A stretch of 64,000 nucleotides of DNA, from assembly GCA_030141605.1 (NCBI GenBank), contig JAQGDQ010000016.1:116642-180641 (forward strand), in the 5' to 3' direction. The notes under the pieces are model-generated. The model did not search any database, was not told the DNA's origin, and saw only the letters and a program-made list of their open reading frames with translations. Shown piece after piece: positions 21,340 to 54,471 of the stretch. Made by a program: the position numbers and the translations under genes. Position 1 is the stretch's first letter; the number at the start of each line of letters is the position of its first letter. The stretch comes from Tubiluchus corallicola. Taxonomy: Eukaryota; Animalia; Priapulida.

Positions 21340-21735
21340 TTTTGTCATTTTATTACCAAGATTTCTCGATTTATATGCATTTTTGCCATTTTCTTGTCAA
21401 GATTTCTCAATTTCTATGCATTTTTGCCATTTTCTTGTCAAGATTTCTCGATTTCTATGCATTTTGCCATTTTTTATCAAGATTTCTCGATTTCTGTGCA
21501 ATTTTCTCATTTTCTTAACAACATTTCTTGATTTCCGTCCATATTTGCCATTTTAATGTCACGATTTCTCGATTTTCGAGCATTTATAGCACTTTGTTAT
21601 CAAGATTTTCTGGATTTTCGAACATTTTTACCATTTTCTTATCAAGATTTCTCGATTGACCTGCTATCGAGATTTCTGGATTTTCGAGCATTTTTGCCAC
21701 TTTCTTTTCAAGATTTCTCGATTTTCTTGCCAACT
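21340..21735. repeat. Minisatellite, about 39-bp unit TTTGCCATTTTCTTGTCAAGATTTCTCGATTTCTATGCA; shorter paralog about 38845-39085
   Basis: Tandem degenerate units upstream of the SULT start codons. Confidence 0.9.
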
Positions 21736-22084
21736 AAATTTTTAAAACTTTAGTATTGCTAGTTCACTAACTCTAAAATGTCTAACGTACAATACTTACA
21801 TAGCCTCAAAACGATCACGGATAACTCAGAGACATTTCAGCATTGTCAAGCTATTATATTGTAGGCTATAAGTGAACTTACATTATTAGCAAATGCATAT
21901 GTATTACGACATTCAAAAAAAAAGCAAAAAACAAATAACCGTTTATGTATAAAAAGTTGATAGTTATTGCCATTGTCTTGTTTTATAGAGTAAGCTTATG
22001 TTATTGCCATGTTATAAATTACCTTTTGTTATTATATGAAATAAATGCAGGTATTACGATGTACATTCATGTTTGTGTGATTGG

Positions 22085-22241
<157 letters not shown>

Positions 22242-23998
22242 ACAAAACATAAATATACAATTATAAACATATATTAATAATATGTTACTAATAGCGGATA
22301 GGCGGCTCTGACCACTTGTGGTGAGAATAACTACGGTCAGAATTCAGGCCAGCACAGCCATATAAGCAGGCCCTGCGTTCGAATCTTAATTTTTCACTGC
22401 TTCCTATTATTTAGCTGTTAAGGTAACAGTCATAAGCGTGATGCCTTCCTTAATGTATGCGTGCTCACACGTATTAAAATATTATATATTATATAATCAA
22501 ATATTATAGTGGTGTAAAAGTGTGCCAAAGTCAGTATTATTAAAGTTTTTATGAAGTACTTCACGTGTCAATGCAAACTGGACAAAGGTGTTTCTTCCAA
22601 AAGCTGAAACAGTTTCTCACTTCTGTAAGGGGTCCCAGCGCTCTGAAATTCATGCGCCTCTGTCCGGCCGTCATTCATTTTTTCTCTTTAAATGAAAGGA
22701 AATGTCAAGCCTTGTAGGGGGTTAAGCTTACGTCAGTGTTTGCGAAAAAATGACCGCGACTTTAAAGTAATATTACTAATTACACTTATTGCAGTTTTAT
22801 TACTAAATCCTTCTGGCATTTATTGCGAACATTGAAATAAGGCTAACCTCATAGAAGGCTTGACCTTTCCTTTTCTTTAAAGAGAAAAAATGAATGACGG
22901 CCGCACAGAGGCACATGAATTTCAGGAAGTAAACACTAAAATTGTCAACCTCCTAGAAGGTTTGGCCTTCTCCAGGAGCTAAAATTACGGGGGGTGCTGC
23001 TTCAGGAATTTTTAGCCATGGTTCTAAAAATGTGTAAAAGAAACAAACATACGAAAATTTATACATAAACTTGACAAAATCCTAAACAAAAATATTGTTT
23101 GCTTACGAATAGCCTAAAATAGCGGGTGCTGCAGTTCCACTATACACAGGCCTTTCCTTTAAGTAAAAATGTTCTAACAAAACAAAACAGTGGACAGCAA
23201 AATTCCTTAATCGCACATCTGAATTTAATAAGAACAATAAAAAATGTGATTTTTACCCTGAACAAAGTAGATTTTTATTCTTCTGTAGTTCCAAGGATTC
23301 ATTTCAGATACAGACCAACTCTATTCAGTTATACAATTCTATAAGTATAAGTTAGTACTATAAATGTACTAATATTTAGTCGCTGCATCGTTGTTCAAAA
23401 TGTTACCATGTGTTACACGTTATTATATTGTACGGAATGTAATAATAATAAAAACTTTATACACTTTTAAACTGAAACAGATACTGAAGTTTAAAGTTGT
23501 TATACGATTATGGTTCAACCTGCAATATAAAAAACGCGTAAAACAAATTTATAAATTTAGCTGATTTAAAAATAAAATAGGTTACTAATACTCATGTAGT
23601 TGCGAATTAGAATAAACACACTAAAAGAACTGCTACATAACAAGAGATTTGTAAAACACACTCTACATTCAACTGCCCAACACGAAACTCTCCAACTATC
23701 GCCATCCGACGGCGAAATTAATAACTAATTAGTAGACTATTTTGAACATTAAAAACAAATGTTTAAAAAAAAAGTAAACAACCTGAAATGTGTAAGTTTG
23801 ATAATAGTTTTTTATCGATATCGATATGATCATATTTTTACGAAAATGGTAAGCATTACTTAACCCTTTACTTGACTGGATATATTTTACCTGAGCAAAT
23901 ATTTTTGGAATGTCTTGAAAGAGAATTTAAAACTCTACGTATTATTGCCTTCCATTGGCATCACAATTATGTAACTCACGAAGTGCATATTAATAGTC

Positions 23999-24108
<110 letters not shown>

Positions 24109-24523
24109 CTTTATTTAAAGTCGGATTTTTAGATGAACAAGTAACATAAGCCCTAAAGAGCCTTTGGTCCACTGTAAATAACAATCTAAAACTACATAAC
24201 AGAGACTATTATTACCCCCTTTTACCCTACATACCATGCGCTAGGCAGGGCAGCAGCAGACACCATTTTAAAGTTTTTGGTATGACCATATGCAGTATCG
24301 AACTCACGACCTTCTAGACGCAAAAAGGGGACGCAATACCGCTAGACAAAACCACCTGCTTTCAATTCAATTAATTCAATTCACTTGAATTCGATTAACT
24401 TTTGCGCAGAACTTTACTTCTGTGGGCATCGAAGATCAACCAATCGCCAATTGCCAATAGATCAATTTATGATGACTTCCATATCGGCGGGTCACTGCCG
24501 CAAACTTTGTAATACACGATTTT

Positions 24524-25555
24524 TACAGAAGACTCTCTGATCCCTTACAGTGGAATATTCCAGAGAAGGTAGCAATTAATGTCCCAAAGAACTTTCTTCA
24601 CAAAGTTATGTTACGCAGCACTACGCTTACCAGCTTGAAATACTTGTGTAATTAAAAAAGATAATTCTTAGTAATTTAAAATGTCCGTACCACCTAATGA
24701 AACATCACTGTGTCACCATCCCAGTGTGCACCATGGACTCACGAAAAATACATTATTGGTCTTATTGAAAATTAAACTCAACTTTTACTTAGCCAGTGAA
24801 GAGCACTTTACGAATTTTTTTCAATTTTACTGAGTCGCGTGTAATAACAGGAGGAGAGCTGCGGTAGAGTCGTATAATGACAAGTAAAATTGTTGCATAA
24901 ATGTAGCACAATACAGGCAGTTAAAATGCCTTGTTGGTATATATACAATCGAATAAATATCATTAAATATGTCCACGAAGGTACTAAGCAACAGTATTAG
25001 TAAAGTACCACAAGTGATTGTGCAATGAGTTTTGAATATAAAAACCATAAATCCATCATACAGATGAGCGGGTCTGAATTCGAACGCCGTAATGTCTTCA
25101 TACGCCCGTTTTTGTATTGGACAGATCTGTTTTAATTTGGATTTAGCTCAAGTTCCAAGTTTAACGGTAAAATAATTGACCCAAAATGATGATGAGTTTG
25201 CGTATGAAAAGCTAATTGCTATCAGTTCTGGTTCGGTTATTTGAAGCAATAAACCGATTGGTTTTACAAAACGGCTGAACTGACGAGTCTTACAAAAAGC
25301 CCGAGTCGGTGGGGGTTATAAAAAGACTGATCAAACGAAAACGTGATAATCCAATCAGTTTTATAAAAACGCCGATCCAATCGCTTTTACAGAAAGGTCG
25401 ATCCAGTCGGTTTCACAAAAAGGCCTATCCCATCGGTTTTACAAAAACGCCTGTCCAATCAGTTTTACAAAAAGGCCTATCCCATCAGTTTTACAAAAAG
25501 GCCCATCCAATCGGTTTTAACAGAAATGTGGATTCAGTCGGTTTTACAAAAACGC
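24524..25555 (+). pseudogene. Duplicated fragment of the CDA-like gene (3' end of exon 3 plus most of intron 3; source about 46856-47830)
   Basis: TACAGAAGACT.TCTGATCCCTTACAGTGGAATATTCCAGAGAAG|GTAGCAATT and about 1 kb of following intron match the source region. Confidence 0.92.
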
Positions 25556-25871
25556 ATTACAGTCGTTCAGTATTTCATATTTTGCACATTTTCTTTTTCT
25601 TTTTTTCATAAACGAAATCAAACGCTTCTGTACAAATATTTTCAAGGTATGAACAGATGAAATCACCTTTTGCAGATTTGAAATTACATTGAATCTTGAA
25701 GTCACTTTTTGTGCAGAAAATGAGTTTCAGCTTTGCTCAAGTTATAATTTATAAAACCTCCAAAGCTCTAAAGATTTGTAGCTGTAATGAATGTACCATG
25801 GCAATGAATTTAGTTTACTTACTCAGTTCAATGATTATCTTCAATTAAATAACTTTTTATTATTAAATTAA

Positions 25872-38436
<12,565 letters not shown>

Positions 38437-40400
38437 CTTGAATTGTGGTGTTTGGCAAGGAGGCGTGCTGGCACCTTCTTTATTAAACTTGTAAATTAAC
38501 GAAAAAAAGTGCATTATTTACAAACAGCATTAATTTGCAACAAGTACAACTCATATATTATTACTATCACAATCCGACAGCACTATTATGCACCACTGAA
38601 TTTCAAACAAAAGAGTGTTTTGCACAGGGAAGACTTATATATCACGCAAGAAACAGACAGAAATACACAAATGTTGTACAAAATTAAGCTGATTTATGAA
38701 AATGCACCTGTTATACCAACGATAGTATTGGTACCGTAGGTCCTGCTACACAGTTATAACTAGATTACCATTTGTAATAGAGACAGAATTTGCACTGAGT
38801 GCATATTGACCTTTGGACTGCATTATGTAGACCATGCATCTGGTAACTTTCTTATCAAGATTTCTCTATTTCTATGCACTTTTTCCATTTTATTGTCAAG
38901 GCTTCCCGATTTCCTCACATTTTTGTCATTTTCTTATCAACATTTCTCTATTTCTGTGCGCATTTGCTATTTTAATGTCATGATTTCTCGATTTCCGAGC
39001 ATTTATACCATTTTGTTATCAAGAATTCTGGATTTTCGAGCATTTTTACCATTTTCTTTTCAAGATTTCTCGATTTTCCTGCCAACTAAATTTTTAAAAC
39101 TTTAGGAGTAGTAGTTTACTAACTCTAAAATGTCCAACGTACAATACTTACATACCCTCAAAATGATCACGGATAACTCAGAGACATTTCAGCATTGACA
39201 AGCTGTTATATTGTAGGCTATAAGTGAGCTTGCGTTGTATCTAAACCAATTCCAGTTCCTCAGAAATTCCCGGGTTTCGGCACCAGATGTAGAAATTTGC
39301 AATCATTTTATTGAAGGTGAGGCATATTGTATATATTGAGGTAAACAATCATATTTAGGTACACAATGTTCACCTCAATCACAGAATTGAACAAACAGTC
39401 ATAAAGTTAGCAATATGATATTTAACAGTAGAAAATTTGCATCCTTTCTCAATGCTGTCTCTAGATCAACTGAAACTTGCATGCCTGAGAGAATAGAGCT
39501 GTAATCACATGACCAGAGATTCAAGTTCCTTTTGGAAGGTACATCACATTCAAGCATACAGACCATAAATGGAAAGGTCACCTATACTCTACAGACTACT
39601 AGTTGAACCAAAATCACAGTCTACTTGGCTTCTTTGATAGCAGAATAAAGATTACTGGTTTAGAGAAAGCTGTGTTATAATTTTTTTTTACTTAAACTTG
39701 AATAAGAGAGTTAGAACCAGAACTAAAGCATGAAATTAACAACCTAATTACTCTGATTAATGAATATCTATAAAAGCAAAAGGAAACAATATTTGCAAAC
39801 AAAAATCAATCTCTGACAAGCATTGTGCAATAAGAGTAAAACAACGACTGTAGATGGCAGCATAGACTAATTCAGTACTGTAGTGTAGTAGACTGACAAT
39901 TAAATGGGTCACATAATACCTCAATCGCGTACTCGGTACAATAAGCGACAGCATGCAAGTAAAGCCTGTACATTCCACAATACTGTTCACTTCATTATCT
40001 GTTAGATCAATTTCAAGAAATTCAGCAATTCAGCAATATTTTCCGCGTCCCTGTCAAAATAATAATAATAATAAATGATGATGATGATGCTGATGATGAT
40101 GGTGGTGGTGATGATGATGATGATCATGACGAAGTAAGCCTAAATATCCAGAAGGATTAAGCTTACTTTTAAAAATCGCAAATGGAAGACTGCTCCCTAA
40201 ATCAAAGACCACATTAAAATATGTGGAACTAGATATGACGTTTCATTGAATATAAATTACTGAGAATGATAAAACCGTTGAATCTCCAAGAACAGAAATT
40301 GTATTTTCATTCATAAAATTATTGCTCCAGCAGAATTACTAATGTAAGGTTAGGTGGTATTTTGTAATACTATCACTTTACATTAATAGATTGTACTGAG

Positions 40401-42002
40401 TTTGTTAATGTCTTCATAGTTTAGATAAAGGATGTTACCGTGATCTATTAACTCCCACCATTTATTGACGTGGTCAAACCAAGTTCCTATTAACGATACT
40501 GTAAATAGTTGTTTAAAAAATTGTAATCCATCCAGGCCACAAGACGTAATGTCGAAATATTAACGTTTGCTTTGTATAATCCGCTTTCTTTACTGGCCAC
40601 ATTTTCGTTGTTTCTAACTGCCATGAAAATATGCAGATTCTGCGTCATTGACTTTTTCTTTTGTTCAAGACACTTTATTCTTTTTACTGAGAAAAGCGAC
40701 TCTTATTAAAAACTTCAAAAAATACTACAAACGTTTCCACTGCATGGCCTAGCAGTCGTCACCAGTGTGATAGTGTATGGTTGCTGTTTGTTTGCTTTCT
40801 CACACTGAAGACAAATGCTAGGCCATGCAATGGAAACGTTTTTAGTATTTTTTGAAGTTTTTGATAGGAATCGTTTCTCTCAGTAAAACGAATTACCTTT
40901 CTTGAGTAAAAGAAAAAGTCAATGAATATACGACACAGGATCTGCTGTAGTTTCAGATCAGTTAAAAACAGTGAAAAGACAAACAGTACTGAAACAAAGG
41001 AGCTTTAATCAAAAGTTAAAGTTAATATTTCGACTCCTCATGTGGATGTAGTTATAAAGGCTGATACATACTGAAATTAGGCTAGGTTTTACTCTTCACG
41101 TATAATCTATATTTAATTTTTAAATTTCAAAGCCACAAAAGATTTTGGTGTCAGAAAAACATCTATTTTAGTAGATTATGGGCTTTTGCTAGGCAATTGT
41201 GGTTGGCAAGGCAACTAATGTTTTCCTGAGAAACACGACTTTTCACAATCCCAGCGCTTCATGATGATGATGATGATGATCGCAATAACGTCAAAGGTTA
41301 AGTAACCAGATAATGCATTTGTTTACACTTGCCAACGCCTCGAAGCCCATGTTATTGTAGTAACCGTTTTAACAGCTAGCTAGGACCTTATCTAGTTCAT
41401 TTTGTCTTGTTTCCAAGCAAGATCCTGCTAGTAAATCACTCTAATGCATCGCTCTACTACACAGACTAATGCATAATTAATGAAACTCTATGTAAACAAG
41501 TGAAGTTACTGAACTGATGCCGCAGACGGCTTTGCTTCACTTACATGTCAAGTGACGTTTGTAGTTCAGACGCGTTGGTGTGGTTCACTTAACTTTTCAC
41601 CTACAGCAACTACACATGCACAGAACGAAAGTGTGAAAAGGCTTAACGGAACTCAGATGCCACGTGCCACAACAACAACAACAACAACAACCACAACAAC
41701 CACAGCAACCACAACAACAACAACAACAACAACAGCAGCAGCAACAACAACAACAGCAGCAGCAGCAACAACATCATCAATAAAACTAAGAATGACGAAA
41801 ATGACATCAATGATAACAAAGGAAATGACAATAACACTGATTTACATTAAAAATATGTCGTAATGCATGTTCTATCTTGCATGTCAAAGTTTCAAAAGTT
41901 TGGGTGGTAAAAAATTCAGGCCACAAATGTGACAAGAGTCATCTCTGGTGGTCTGTTGGAACATTTAATTTCTCAAACGCTTTTTAGTGTCATTCCCACC
42001 AT
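40401..42002 (-). pseudogene. Second copy of the SULT pseudogene relic
   Basis: 40498-40401 translates SLIGTWFDHVNKWWELIDHGNILYLNYEDINK (exon 4 homolog, donor GT changed to CT). About 42002-41876 is an exon 2 homolog (MVGMTLK...LSHLWPEF...) with the same TGA plus frameshifts. Confidence 0.85.
41237..41645 (+). mobile_element. MITE family M1, copy 7
   Basis: Paralogous to copy 1; ends GTGTGAAAAGGCTT. Confidence 0.8.
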
Positions 42003-42303
42003 CCTATCTTGCTTTAATAACATTGTATTATAAAGGCTCAGTAAAGTTTATTAGCAGATAGGCACTTGTCAGCTGCCACGGACGTCAATTAGCTGGAAGG
42101 TTTGTAAAATATTTTGACAGAAATTGTTCCTTTCTCTAGTAATGTTTGATTGCTATCTGGGTGGAGTGATGTTTACGGGTGTCTACCCTGCAGGTGTGGA
42201 AATCACCAGACCATCAAACGTTTGAGCTCTTACCAGGGACTAAAGGTTTGCACAGGATCTTACACTAACCGCATCAGCAGCAGCAGCAACAAGAAGAGGA
42301 AAT

Positions 42304-49118
<6,815 letters not shown>

Positions 49119-49249
49119 GTAGGCATCCATCTAATTTACATTCATCTGTTGTTTCATAACCGTTGGATTTTATGAATTCTAATAATGTTGGATTAGCTTC
49201 GTTCATTTTGCTTTCTGATACATCATAAGGTTCTGGATTACAATTCAGA

Positions 49250-49441
49250 ACCTTTAATCTGCTGGACATTATAGGATTTAAAATGCAAAATATTTAATCT
49301 GTCGGACATTGTGAGGTTTAGAATGCAGAAACTTTAATCTGCTGGACATTAAAGGGATTAAAATGCAAAACAATTAATCTGTCGGACATTGTGAGGTTTA
49401 GAATGCAGAAACTTTAATCTGCTGGACATTATAGGGATTAA
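49250..49441. repeat. About 40-bp tandem repeat abutting the Kolobok-like element
   Basis: TTTAATCTG(CT/TC)GGACATT...AATGCA(G/A)AA, 5 units. Confidence 0.85.
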
Positions 49442-51007
49442 GAGTCATTCCGTGAGAAAATCAGCAAAATAGTGGAAGGTGACAAATCACCGATTTTGTT
49501 CATATTCACAGGGTTTGATGGTCCCCTCAGATGTACCCCACAGCCAAAATATTAGATTTCAGAAATGAGCCGTTTCTGAGAAAAGCCGCCATTTTGATTT
49601 TTTTCGAATTTTGGCCATTTTGGCGTAAAAAATTGCCCAGTATTTCTCACGTTATTACAGACAGTAAATGAGCGATCCAGCACTAGTTAATTGGTGATAT
49701 ATATAGTAGGGGTCTTACCCGACCGTACCATTATCGTTGCCAAATTGAACCTCCTTTTCAGTTGGCGTCATCAGATTGCAAAAGATACGTGTCTGCTGCT
49801 GCTGAATTTAGACGCCATTTTGAAATCCCCATAACTCCACTGGGGCGGGTATTGGGGGACTAATCAATATGTTTTTATTTGCAGCTTGACTAGTCCTACA
49901 AATGCATGAAATAAAATTTTGGCCAGCGATCTCCCAAGAGTCCAGAATTTTTAGCCAAAGGTGCTCTTTTTTGCCATTTTCACAACCTTGACCTATATTT
50001 AGCTATTCGCTTTGGATGACGGTGTTGCCATTAGAATTGATACAAAGTGCAGCAACGTCAATGTTTATAGGAGTAATGGACTGGCTTTAGATGTCTGGGC
50101 ACTCCTAGCAACCAGGCCCCTCATCAGGGGGCCGCATTCCCTTCGAATGGCCCCTGTGACGATTACAACATAGTGATTTTTATAATCTGTATAAAACACG
50201 GAATAGTTTCATGTACATAATAACAGTTTCGTGTACAAGTGCTCGGGCTATATACCTATGGCCCGTGGATCAATACGGGGGCCTCGGGAGGGCCCCACTG
50301 TCTTGACTGAAAAATAGACTTTAGTCAAAAAGGTTTAGTGTCGCTTTGCTAAACAAGATTCTAAAGTAAGGCGAGGTAAGGCACTATTTGTGAAATTGTG
50401 TTGAAACCGCCGCGAGCATCGAATATAACATGTTGCGAGCCAATTTTTATAACGCGCACAGCTTTGTGTGGTCTTGTATTCAACAGGCGAATAGTTGTCA
50501 GTCCCTGATATTTTTCCTCAAATCAATTCGAGTTAATAGTTAGTTAGTTACTAATACCTTGGTGTGGCAACTTTGGCAGCTTCGACAAGCAGACTTCTGC
50601 TTACTAACAACGGGCATTAACAAAAAAACTGGTTAAGAAACGCAGCAAAGGCCAGTACGACCCTGCCTCGGCCGTTACATACTAATTCCGACTCTGTGCA
50701 ACGTATGTTTCAAGCCATTCGCTCATATTGTATTTAACCGCCAGGTTTCCACCGTCTCGTAAAGATATACGCATATACACCGACTACCATATTCAACTAA
50801 ACTCTAACGAGAATCAGGGCGCTGACGCTTATAATCGCAAATTTTCAAAATAACAAAAAGGCAACAACAAATTCTTTACGTCCACGACTATTTTTTATTC
50901 GCTAATATTCAATGAAAAGTCGCACTATAGTAAATAATAATAAGCTAATAATTGATAATACATACAGTAAGCTGCTACTATGTGTTGCTATTGTAACCTC
51001 CTTATCA

Positions 51008-52731
51008 AAAGAGACACAGAGAGACAGAGAGATTCACAGAGAGACAGAGAGAGTCACAGAGAGACAGAGAGAGACACATAGAGACAGAGAGAGACACACA
51101 GAGACAGAGAGAGACACAGAGAGACAGAGAGAGAGACACAGAGAGACAGAGAGAGACGCAGAGAGAGAGACAGAGAGAGACACAGAGAGACAGAGAGAGA
51201 GACAGATGGAGACACAGAGAGACAGAGAGAGACACACAGAGACAGAGAGACACAGAGAGACAGACAGAGACACAGAGACAGAGAGAGAAACACAGAGAGA
51301 CAGTGAGAGACACGGAGAGACAGAGAGACACAAAGAGACAGAGAGAGACACAGAGAGACATGGAGAGACACAGAGAGACAGAGAGAGACACAGAGACACA
51401 GAGAGACACAGAGAGACAGAGAGAGACACAGAGAGACAGAGAGACACACAGAGAGACAGAGAGAGACACACACAGAGAGAAAGAGACAGAGAGAGACACA
51501 GAGAGACAGAGAGAGACAGAGAGAGACACACAGAGATAGAGAGACACAGAGAGACAGAGAGAGACACAGAGAGACAGACAGAGACAGAGAGACAGACAGA
51601 GACAGAGAGAGACACAGAGAGACAGACAGAGAAACAAAGAGACACAAAGAGACACAGAGAGACACAAAGAGACAGAGAGAGACACAGAGAGACGGAGAGA
51701 GACACAGAGAGACAGAGAGAGGCACAGAGACACAAAGAGAGACACAGAGAGACAGAGAGCGACACAGAGACACACACAGAGAGACAGAGAGAGACACACA
51801 CAGAGAGAGAAACACAGAGAGACAGAGAGAGACACAGAGAGACAGAGAGGGACACAGAAAGACAGAGAGACAGACAGAGACAGAGAGAGAGAGAGAGAGA
51901 CAGAAACAGAGAGAGAGACACACACAGAGAGAGACATGGAGAGACAGAGAGAGACACAGAGAGACAGAGAGAGACAGAGAGAGACACAGAGAGACAGAGA
52001 CAGACACAGAGAGACACAGAGAGACACACAGAGAGAGAGAGACACAGAGAGAGACACAGAGAGACAAAGGGAGACAGAGACAGAGAGAGACACAGAGAGA
52101 CAGAGAGAGAGACAGAGAGATCCAGAGTGAGACACAGAGAGATAGAGAGAGAGACACAGAGAGACAGAGAGAGACGCAGAGAGAGAGACAGAGAGAGACA
52201 CAGAGAGACAGAGAGAGAGACAGATGGAGACACAGAGAGACAGAGAGAGACACAGAGAGAGAGAGAGACACAGAGAGACAGAGAGAGACACAGAGAGACA
52301 GAGAGAGACACACAGAGATAGAGAGACACAGAGAGACAGAGAGAGACACAGAGAGACAGACAGAGACACAGAGACAGAGAGAGAAACACAGAGAGACAGA
52401 GAGAGACACAGAGAGACAGACAGAGACACAAAGAGACATAGAGAGACGGAGAGAGACACAGAGAGACAGAGAGAGGCACAGAGACACAAAGAGAGACACA
52501 GAGAGACAGAGAGCGACACAGAGNNNNNNNNNNNNNNNNNNNNNNNNNNNNNNNNNNNNNNNNNNNNNNNNNNNNNNNNNNNNNNNNNNNNNNNNNNNNN
52601 NNNNNNNNNNNNNNNNNNNNNNNGAGACACAGAGAGACAGAGAGAGACGCAGAGAGAGAGACAGAGACAGACAGAGAGAGACAGAGAGAGAGACAGATGG
52701 AGACACAGAGAGACAGAGAGAGACACAGAGA

Positions 52732-52788
<57 letters not shown>

Positions 52789-53107
52789 AGAGAGAGAGAG
52801 AGACACAGAGAGACAGAGAGACACAGAGAGACAGAGAGAGACACAGAGAGACACAGAGAGACACAGAGAGACAGAGAGAGACACAGAGAGACAGAGACAG
52901 ACACAGAGAGACACAGAGAGACACACAGAGACAGAGAGAGACAGAGAGAGACACAGAGAGACAAAGGGAGACAGAGACAGAGAGAGACACAGAGAGACAG
53001 AGAGAGAGACAGAGAGATCCAGAGTGAGACACAGAGAGATAGAGAGAGACACAGAGAGAGACACGGAGAGACACAGAGAGAGACAGACAGAAACACAGAG
53101 AGACAGA
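51008..53107. repeat. Complex (GAGACA/GA/CA) satellite containing the assembly gap
   Basis: About 2 kb of GAGAGACACAGA-type units, with longer sub-blocks recurring at about 51155, 52172 and 52647. Confidence 0.97.
52524..52623. other. Scaffold gap (100 N, true size unknown)
   Basis: Run of exactly 100 n. Confidence 0.99.
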
Positions 53108-53899
53108 AACTGTAATTTATCGTTTCTTTTTGAAATTTTCATTTTTTTTGTTCAGAATTATGAATAATTCGTACTAATTTTTTCCTATTTAGGTCACATT
53201 CAAGATCGAATCTCGTCAATTTATGGACGAGCTGGCCAAAATTTTATTAATGATCTAAGTATGCCTGGTCAAGCTGTAAATAAACATATATTAATTATAC
53301 TTCAAATACCCGCCCCAGTGGAGTTATGAGAATTTTAAAACAGGGTGTCATTCAGACTGTAGCAGACACGCATCTTTCATGAGCTCATGATACCTGCTGA
53401 AAGAGAATCTCAATTCATCAAACTCAATGTGGCAATAGGGCAAGACCCCTACTATATATACCACCCAGCAACTAGTCCTGGATCATTCATTTACTGCCTG
53501 TAATGATGTGACAAATATAGGTCATTTTTTACGTCAAAATGGCCAAAATCCGAAAAAAATCAAAATGGCGGCCTATCTCCGAAACGGCTCATTTTTGATA
53601 TCTAATATTTTGGCTGTGGGGTACATCTGAGGGGATCATCCAACCCTGTGAATATGAACAAAATCGGTGATTTGTCACCTTCCACTATTTTTTGACTTTT
53701 GCATGGTTTTCTCGCGGAATGACTCTTAAACAACATGATTGCTAATAATTCCTTGTAAAAATCATTAGTTCTTATCTGGAGAGAACTTGTTAACAAAATG
53801 CCCTAACCATTATTTTGTAGTATGAGTTAAGTCATTTACCCCTAGGCCTCCTAGATGCTGGTTAATAACACGTTCTGTTTGCTTTTTTATTACTCTGTT

Positions 53900-54092
53900 T
53901 TGCTGATATAAGCTGCTGTGGTGATTGCTCTCTTTAGCTGATATAAGCTTCTGTAGTGACTGTTCTCTTTAGCTCATATAAGCTTCCATAGTGACTACTC
54001 TCTTTAGCCAATACAATCTTCTGCAGTGACTGCTTTCTTTAGCTGATATAAACTTCTGTAGTGACTGCTCTCTTTAGCCAATATCAGCTTCC
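53900..54092. repeat. About 37-bp tandem repeat
   Basis: GCTGATATAAGCTTCTGTAGTGACTGCTCTCTTTA, about 5 units. Confidence 0.8.
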
Positions 54093-54471
54093 TACCCATG
54101 ACTTTCGTTAACATACATGCTGCTGAGTGATTATTTCACTTATACTCTTATGTCGAAAGTGAGTTAAACAATAAACATCATTCTATTTAAAGTGATTTTG
54201 TCTCTCTTATGGTGGTCTTCTGGCAGCACTATGGTAGAGATACAGTTATGATTTTAATTAATAAAACACAATGTACTATATCTGTTTGTCTCTCTAGTTT
54301 CATAATGTTTGTTTAAGACAAAAACCTAAATCACACTACAACATCCTAATTTTTTTACTATTTTTGAATTAATAACTCCCTTCTATTTCAAAATGATAAA
54401 GACTGAGTGTCGTAGTAGATAGACCATTGTAGTGACATTTTGTTTAGAATGTTTACGTCTTGCGTTTACAG

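Larger units (their letters stand above)
49442..53725. mobile_element. Non-autonomous long-TIR DNA transposon with TTAA flanks (Kolobok-like), spanning the assembly gap
   Basis: ttaa|GAGTCATTCCGTGAGAAAA... at 49442 and ...TTTTCTCGCGGAATGACTC|ttaa at 53725. Imperfect inverted repeats extend about 430 bp (49442-49880 vs 53270-53725). TTAA TSD with purine-purine termini fits Kolobok rather than piggyBac. No transposase seen. Confidence 0.8.

Noticed and set aside
22293-22392. tRNA-like segment with GTTCGAATC B-box
   Set aside because: No complete cloverleaf can be formed; at most a SINE fragment.
40165-40340. Minus-strand frame CWSNNFMNENTISVLGDST... (also about 2185-2360), considered as SULT exon 5 or a GDSL motif
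   Set aside because: Internal stop and no convincing similarity to either.
50912-53167. Long ORFs of 469-702 aa (ERQRET / SLCLSV repeats)
   Set aside because: Translations of a GAGACA satellite that is stop-free in several frames on both strands and spans an N gap.
49442-53725. piggyBac assignment for the TTAA-flanked element
   Set aside because: Termini are GA...TC rather than the CC...GG typical of piggyBac, and no transposase is present.
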